A stretch of DNA of 50,592 nucleotides. Source: an uncultured Nitrososphaerota archaeon. Its GTDB lineage: Archaea; Korarchaeota; Korarchaeia; Korarchaeales; Korarchaeaceae. The position numbers and the translations under genes are program-made. Under the pieces are notes generated by a model, which did not search any database, was not told the origin of the DNA, and saw nothing but the letters and a program-made list of their open reading frames with translations. Shown in pieces: positions 46,514 through 50,592 of this stretch. Position 1 is the first letter of the stretch; every line of letters begins with the position of its first letter. The stretch is taken from the NCBI GenBank assembly GCA_964594835.1, contig CAZQNA010000009.1, positions 1 through 50,592 of the forward strand, written 5' to 3'.

Positions 46514-47506
46514 ATGCTCGACGAACTCACGGCCGCCCTGATCCCGGCCGGCGCGGCGGCCGTCGCGACGCACGTGCTCACGGGGCGCCTGGAGAAGAGG
46601 CTGAAGAAGAGGGGGCTCGTCGGCGTGGACGCGCACAAGCCCGACCGGCGCGAGGTCCCTGAGGGGGCGGGCTTCGCCGTCTTCGTCGGCTCGGCCCTCG
46701 GGGCCAGCGTCCTGGGGGCTCTGACCCGGTCGATCGCCCCCGCGGGATTCGTCGCCGCAGCTGCCGTCGGGGCCGTGATCGGGACGCTCGACGACCGGGT
46801 GGACCTCGGCGGGACCCTCAAGCCGGCGCTCACCCTGGGGGTCGCCGCCCCCCTCATAGCCCTCGGTGCGCTGAGCCCGAGGCCCCTCCTCCCCCTGGTC
46901 GGGAGGGCGAGGCTCTTCATCGCCATAAACCTGGTCGTCCCGGCGTACGCCGCGGTCGTGACGAACGCCGTCAACATGTTCGACGCGCTGAACGGCATGA
47001 TGCCGCTGAGCGTCGCGATAGCCTGCGGCGCGATGGTCGCCGTCGGGGTCCTCACTGGGGGTGCGGCCACGGCCCAGCTCGCCCTCATCCTGGGGGCCTC
47101 TCTGCTGGCCTACTACCGATACAACAGGTTCCCCGCGCGGGTCTTCTCCGGGAACGTCGGGTCGCTCTCGATAGGGGCCGCCCTCAGCGCCGTCCCCGCG
47201 TACGATGGACTCGAGGCCTTCCTGCTCATGGCCATGCTGCCCTTCATGGTCTCGGGCTTCTTCCTGCTCAGCAGCATCGGAGGACTGAGGGAGAAGAAGG
47301 AGATACCCCAGAGACCCGTCTCGGTCACCGAGGAGGGGCTCATAGCGGCGAATCCGGATCCCAAAGCTCCAATAACCTTGATCTCCATACTCACGCTGGA
47401 CAGGCCTAAGGGGGAGGCGGAAGTCGTCAGGGAGGCGCACCTGCTGACGGCCCTGTCCGCCGCGCTCTCCGTGGTGACCCTCCTCGCACTGACGCCCGGG
47501 TGGTGA
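46514..47506 (+). CDS. GPT/MraY-family transferase (AglH-like), paralog 2
   Basis: DAHKP..EVPEGAG, GTLDD, NAVNMFDALNG, FPARVFSGNVG. Confidence 0.88.
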   Translation: MLDELTAALIPAGAAAVATHVLTGRLEKRLKKRGLVGVDAHKPDRREVPEGAGFAVFVGSALGASVLGALTRSIAPAGFVAAAAVGAVIGTLDDRVDLGGTLKPALTLGVAAPLIALGALSPRPLLPLVGRARLFIAINLVVPAYAAVVTNAVNMFDALNGMMPLSVAIACGAMVAVGVLTGGAATAQLALILGASLLAYYRYNRFPARVFSGNVGSLSIGAALSAVPAYDGLEAFLLMAMLPFMVSGFFLLSSIGGLREKKEIPQRPVSVTEEGLIAANPDPKAPITLISILTLDRPKGEAEVVREAHLLTALSAALSVVTLLALTPGW

Positions 47507-47754
47507 CCGTGAGGGCTGACAGGGGTCTTCTGGTCGGAGTGGCGCTCGTGCTCGAGGGCTGGGCCCTCATGCTGGCCGGCTTCCTGGTGGTCAAGCTGGT
47601 GGTGGCCGGCTGGTCGGGCGGGAACCCCCTCACCGAGGGGGTGAAGGTCGCCCTGGGGCTGCTTATCCTCTTGGGGGCCCTAGCCGGGTGGTACCTCTCG
47701 GGGAGGGAGATCGTCGTCAGGATGAAGCGCTCCGGGCGGAGGAGACGCGCGTGA
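47503..47754 (+). CDS. Small two-TM membrane protein
   Basis: GTGA-coupled to the upstream gene; two hydrophobic helices and a basic tail. Confidence 0.6.
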   Translation: MTVRADRGLLVGVALVLEGWALMLAGFLVVKLVVAGWSGGNPLTEGVKVALGLLILLGALAGWYLSGREIVVRMKRSGRRRRA

Positions 47755-48787
47755 CCTCCTCCCAGAGAACCTCGGCTGGGTCCTCGGCATCCGCGAGGTA
47801 GGCCTCGGCCCGGGCCCTCCACGCCTCCCGGTCCTCCGCCTTGGACAGGAAATCTAGAACCTGGGTGGGGTCTCGAAGGCGGTAGATCATGCCGAGGCCC
47901 TCCAGCTCGGCGCTGACGCACGGCTCCCTGCCGGGATAGGCCGAGGCCGAGGGAACCCCAAGGAGCGCGGCCTCGCGGGTCATGGTCCCCCCGGCGCCGA
48001 CCACCGCGGCCGCCTTCGAGGCGAGGTCCAGGAAGTCCAGAGGCCCGGGCGGGACCTTGAGGCCCTCCCTCCTCCAGAGGGCCTCGTCCTCCGGTCCGCG
48101 GGGTATCACCACCACGTCGTACCTCCTCGCGATCTCCCTGACCAGGCCGACCGCCCGCGACTCGGCCGTCAAGTAGGAGGCCCCGAAGGGCTCTGGCCTG
48201 AAGATGACGTACTCCCCGGGCTCGACTCCCAGAGCCCCCAGGTCGACCCGCTCGTAGGGTCCCCTCTCAGCGTGCTGAAGGATGTGGGCCACCTCAAACG
48301 TTCCCCTGAACTTCCTGGTGCGCCTGAGCGACCCTCCCCCGTCGATGACCGCCCGGTCGGGAAAGGAGAGGGGAACAACTATCGAGTCCGCGAGGGGGAA
48401 GGTCAGCCTGGATACGAACACGCTCTGATCGTTGTCGTTCGCGATCACCGACGGTATCCCGAGCCCGAGGGAGATCCTCGCCAGTTCGGGGGACGCCTTC
48501 GACACAGCGACGTCCGGGCTAAACTTGGAGACCTCTTCGGCGAGCGCCGAGATCCGAGACAGGTGAGACCTCAGCTTCCGAGCCCGGTCGACCTCCCTGG
48601 ACCCCACGACCGCGAGCCTGGCCCTCCCGCCCGCGGCCGGCACGAGGAGCCTCTCCACGAGGTCGACGAGGGGGCCGTACTCCCTGGTCGTGATGAGGAG
48701 CGACTCGGCCTCCGGGGCGGAGTACTTGAGGAACCTCTCGAAGAGCCTAACGTGGGGGGAGTTCACCACGTCGATCCAGATCCTCAA
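47717..48787 (-). CDS. DUF354 family GT-B fold protein
   Basis: IWIDVVNSPHV, SPELAR, GAGGTMTREAALLGVP; TTG 48787. Confidence 0.85.
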   Translation of the reverse strand: MRIWIDVVNSPHVRLFERFLKYSAPEAESLLITTREYGPLVDLVERLLVPAAGGRARLAVVGSREVDRARKLRSHLSRISALAEEVSKFSPDVAVSKASPELARISLGLGIPSVIANDNDQSVFVSRLTFPLADSIVVPLSFPDRAVIDGGGSLRRTRKFRGTFEVAHILQHAERGPYERVDLGALGVEPGEYVIFRPEPFGASYLTAESRAVGLVREIARRYDVVVIPRGPEDEALWRREGLKVPPGPLDFLDLASKAAAVVGAGGTMTREAALLGVPSASAYPGREPCVSAELEGLGMIYRLRDPTQVLDFLSKAEDREAWRARAEAYLADAEDPAEVLWEEVTRVSSARSASS

Positions 48788-48811
48788 CCAGGGACACCCC
48801 GGAGAGAGGGG

Positions 48812-48906
48812 TGGTGGGCCCGGCGGGACTTGAACCCGCGACCTCCCGGTTTCCACCACCACGCCGGTTATCAGCCGGGCGCTCTGCCAGGCTGAGCCAC
48901 GGGCCC
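48812..48906 (-). tRNA. tRNA-Ile(GAU) with 18-nt intron (about 48851-48868)
   Basis: CCCGG-CT-GAT-A [intron] A-CCGGG; encoded CCA. Confidence 0.92.
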
Positions 48907-48956
48907 CGACGGCTGGGCGTCGGCCCACCCAATATTAAGGTTCCCCAAGCGAGGGG

Positions 48957-49046
48957 TGGTGGACCCGGCGGGACTTGAACCCGCGACCTCCGGCTATCTC
49001 GGAAGGCTTGCAAGGCCGGCGCTCTACCAGGCTGAGCTACGGGCCC
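48957..49046 (-). tRNA. tRNA-Ala(UGC) with 13-nt intron (48996-49008)
   Basis: G3:U70 pair; CCGGC-CT-TGC-A [intron] A-GCCGG; BHB central helix CTTG/CGAG. Confidence 0.93.
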
Positions 49047-49144
49047 ACCGACTCGGCGCAAGGCCGCGCTCGACGTATCGCTTACCACCATATTTAATAT
49101 GAGCGGCGGGATCGCGCGGTTTCGAGTCGGTTAGTGAGGTGATT

Positions 49145-50332
49145 GTGGTGAAGTCGTTAGCTAAAAGGGCCCTGTCACAGCCCGCTGGAGCGCCGGGGGA
49201 GAGAAAGGAGGCCCTGGAGGACCAGTACCTCAAGGAGTTCCTCGAGAGGGTGAGGGCCAAGATAGTCGTCGTGGGGGTGGGCGGGGCCGGCAGCAACACC
49301 GTCACCAGGCTCAACGCGCTCGGACTCGAGGGCGTCGTGACCGTGGCGGCGAACACGGACGCTCAGCACCTCTTGGAGAGCGTCGCGGACAGGAAGCTCG
49401 TGCTCGGGAGGGAGCTCTGCGGGGGGAGCGGAGCCGGAGGTGACCCGAAGATCGGGGAGGAGGCCGCCAAGGAGAGCGAGCCCGAGATAAGGGACCTGCT
49501 CGACGGGGCCGACCTCGTCTTCCTGATGGCCGGGCTCGGAGGCGGGACCGGTACCGGTGGGCTACCCGTGATAGCCAGCATCGCAAAGGAGCTCGGAGCC
49601 GTCGTGGTCTCCATGGTCACCCTGCCCTTCGAGGCAGAGGGGCGGAGGAGAAACGAGATCGCCCGAGAGGGACTCGCAAACGTCCTGAAGAGCTCTGACA
49701 CGATAGTGATCGTGAACAACGACAGGATACTGGAGCTGGTCGGAGACCGCCCCCTCCACGAGGCCTTCCTCATAGCGGACGAGATAATGGCAAGGTCGGT
49801 GAAGGGGGTCGTGGAGCTCGTGACCAAGCCGGGCCTCATAAACGTCGACTTCGCAGACCTCAGGGCGGTTCTAGAGAGGGGAGGTCCCGCGATACTCGCC
49901 TTCGGCGAGAGCGAGGGGGAGGACAGGTCCGTGGAGGCCATCGAGGACGCCCTGGCCAACCCGCTCCTCGAGGCCGACATATCCGGCGCAAGGTCCGCCG
50001 TGGTCAACATAACCTGCGGCCCGGACCTCTCCCTGCAGGAGATGAAGCGGGTCGTGGAGACCGTGGTCAACACGCTCGACCCCGAGGCCAACGTGATATG
50101 GGGGGCCAGGATAGAGGACGATCTGGAGGGGGTAGTCCAGGTCCTCCTGATAGTCACCGGGGTGACGTCGCCGTACATCGAGGAGCTCGAGGGGGTCATC
50201 AGAGAGGAGAAGAGGGAGAAGGCGGCGGCCGTGAGTCCGCTGGAGCCCGTCAGGACGACTGTGGGGATAAGGAGGGCGCCCGCCAGGAGCAAGAAGGATA
50301 TATTGAGCGACCTCGGGATTGAGGGAGTCTGA
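49145..50332 (+). CDS. ftsZ: Cell division protein FtsZ (FtsZ1-type)
   Basis: GVGGAGSN, NTDAQHL, GLGGGTGTG, GLINVDFAD, C-terminal DLGIE; followed by secE. Confidence 0.96.
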   Translation: MVKSLAKRALSQPAGAPGERKEALEDQYLKEFLERVRAKIVVVGVGGAGSNTVTRLNALGLEGVVTVAANTDAQHLLESVADRKLVLGRELCGGSGAGGDPKIGEEAAKESEPEIRDLLDGADLVFLMAGLGGGTGTGGLPVIASIAKELGAVVVSMVTLPFEAEGRRRNEIAREGLANVLKSSDTIVIVNNDRILELVGDRPLHEAFLIADEIMARSVKGVVELVTKPGLINVDFADLRAVLERGGPAILAFGESEGEDRSVEAIEDALANPLLEADISGARSAVVNITCGPDLSLQEMKRVVETVVNTLDPEANVIWGARIEDDLEGVVQVLLIVTGVTSPYIEELEGVIREEKREKAAAVSPLEPVRTTVGIRRAPARSKKDILSDLGIEGV

Positions 50333-50343
50333 GGTGGATCGGA

Positions 50344-50520
50344 TTGGTGGGCGAGGACCTCGTGGAGGCCATCAGAAGGACGCTAAAGGTGGCGAGGAAG
50401 CCCACCTGGGATGACCTCTGGACGGTCTTCAAGATAACCTTCCTGGGGTTCCTGCTCGTTGGGGTGATCGGATTCCTCCTGCAGCTGGCGGTGGCCCTCA
50501 TGACCGGGGGCCAGGTGTAG
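50344..50520 (+). CDS. secE: Protein translocase SecE/Sec61-gamma (absent from the ORF track)
   Basis: Read by hand: RRTLKVARKPTWDDLWTVFKITFLGFLLVGVIGFLL. Confidence 0.92.
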   Translation: MVGEDLVEAIRRTLKVARKPTWDDLWTVFKITFLGFLLVGVIGFLLQLAVALMTGGQV

Positions 50521-50541
50521 CGGTGGACAGGGTGCTTGGGG

Positions 50542-50592
50542 ATGAGCGAGGGCGAGGAGAGCGGGACCGAGGGGCGAGGCAGGGAGAGAGAG
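50542..50592 (+). CDS. Start of a truncated ORF, possibly Spt5/NusG
   Basis: Only 17 codons visible; call rests on the usual ftsZ-secE-spt5 gene order. Confidence 0.35.
   Translation, partial: MSEGEESGTEGRGRERE

Noticed and set aside
337-50501. Many long alternative-frame or antisense ORFs (e.g. 5549-6592, 16983-18476, 40777-41931, 42995-44095, 49363-50292)
   Set aside because: Shadows of recognisable genes in GC-rich DNA; R/G/P- or S-rich composition and no motifs
1-50592. CRISPR array or IS element
   Set aside because: No regularly spaced repeats or transposase motifs; repeated GGACTTGAACCC strings are tRNA genes

Overview
GC-rich archaeal chromosome segment. The mix of two FtsZ, SepF, CdrS, full-length Hef, RPA32, intron-containing tRNAs and a tRNA-Ile(UAU) suggests a Korarchaeia-like lineage (inference). 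Most of the window is core genome: ribosomal proteins (L37e, S24e, S27ae), Lsm, FttA/aCPSF1, proteasome beta, SlyD, RtcB, RsmA, HemK2, Rpo7/Spt4, RPA32-aIF2b-aIF1A-Rio1-KH-Top6B-Top6A, Hef, RadA/RadB paralogs, CarS, GcvH/PA/PB, two GPT/MraY-family paralogs, ftsZ-secE and seven tRNAs, three with introns. The standout is a ~9 kb accessory locus (6868-15879). It encodes a compact Tad-like type IV pilus system (Flp-like pilin, secretion ATPase, two short TadB/C-like proteins, minimal A24 peptidase, TadZ/MinD-like ATPase), a coupled run of small mostly membrane-anchored proteins, and a divergent TFB paralog with no recognisable B-reader and an altered BRE-recognition helix. All three TATA promoters of this locus carry GGCCCCGC(C/G) exactly at the BRE position, which I did not see at the housekeeping promoters. 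This suggests a self-contained, sigma-factor-like alternative-TFB regulon. Other points: a low-GC methyltransferase islet between two convergent tRNAs, a DxS Top6A TOPRIM motif, and structured elements upstream of cdrS-ftsZ and gcvP. No CRISPR array, integrase or transposase was seen. All family calls come from motif recognition by eye; no searches were run.
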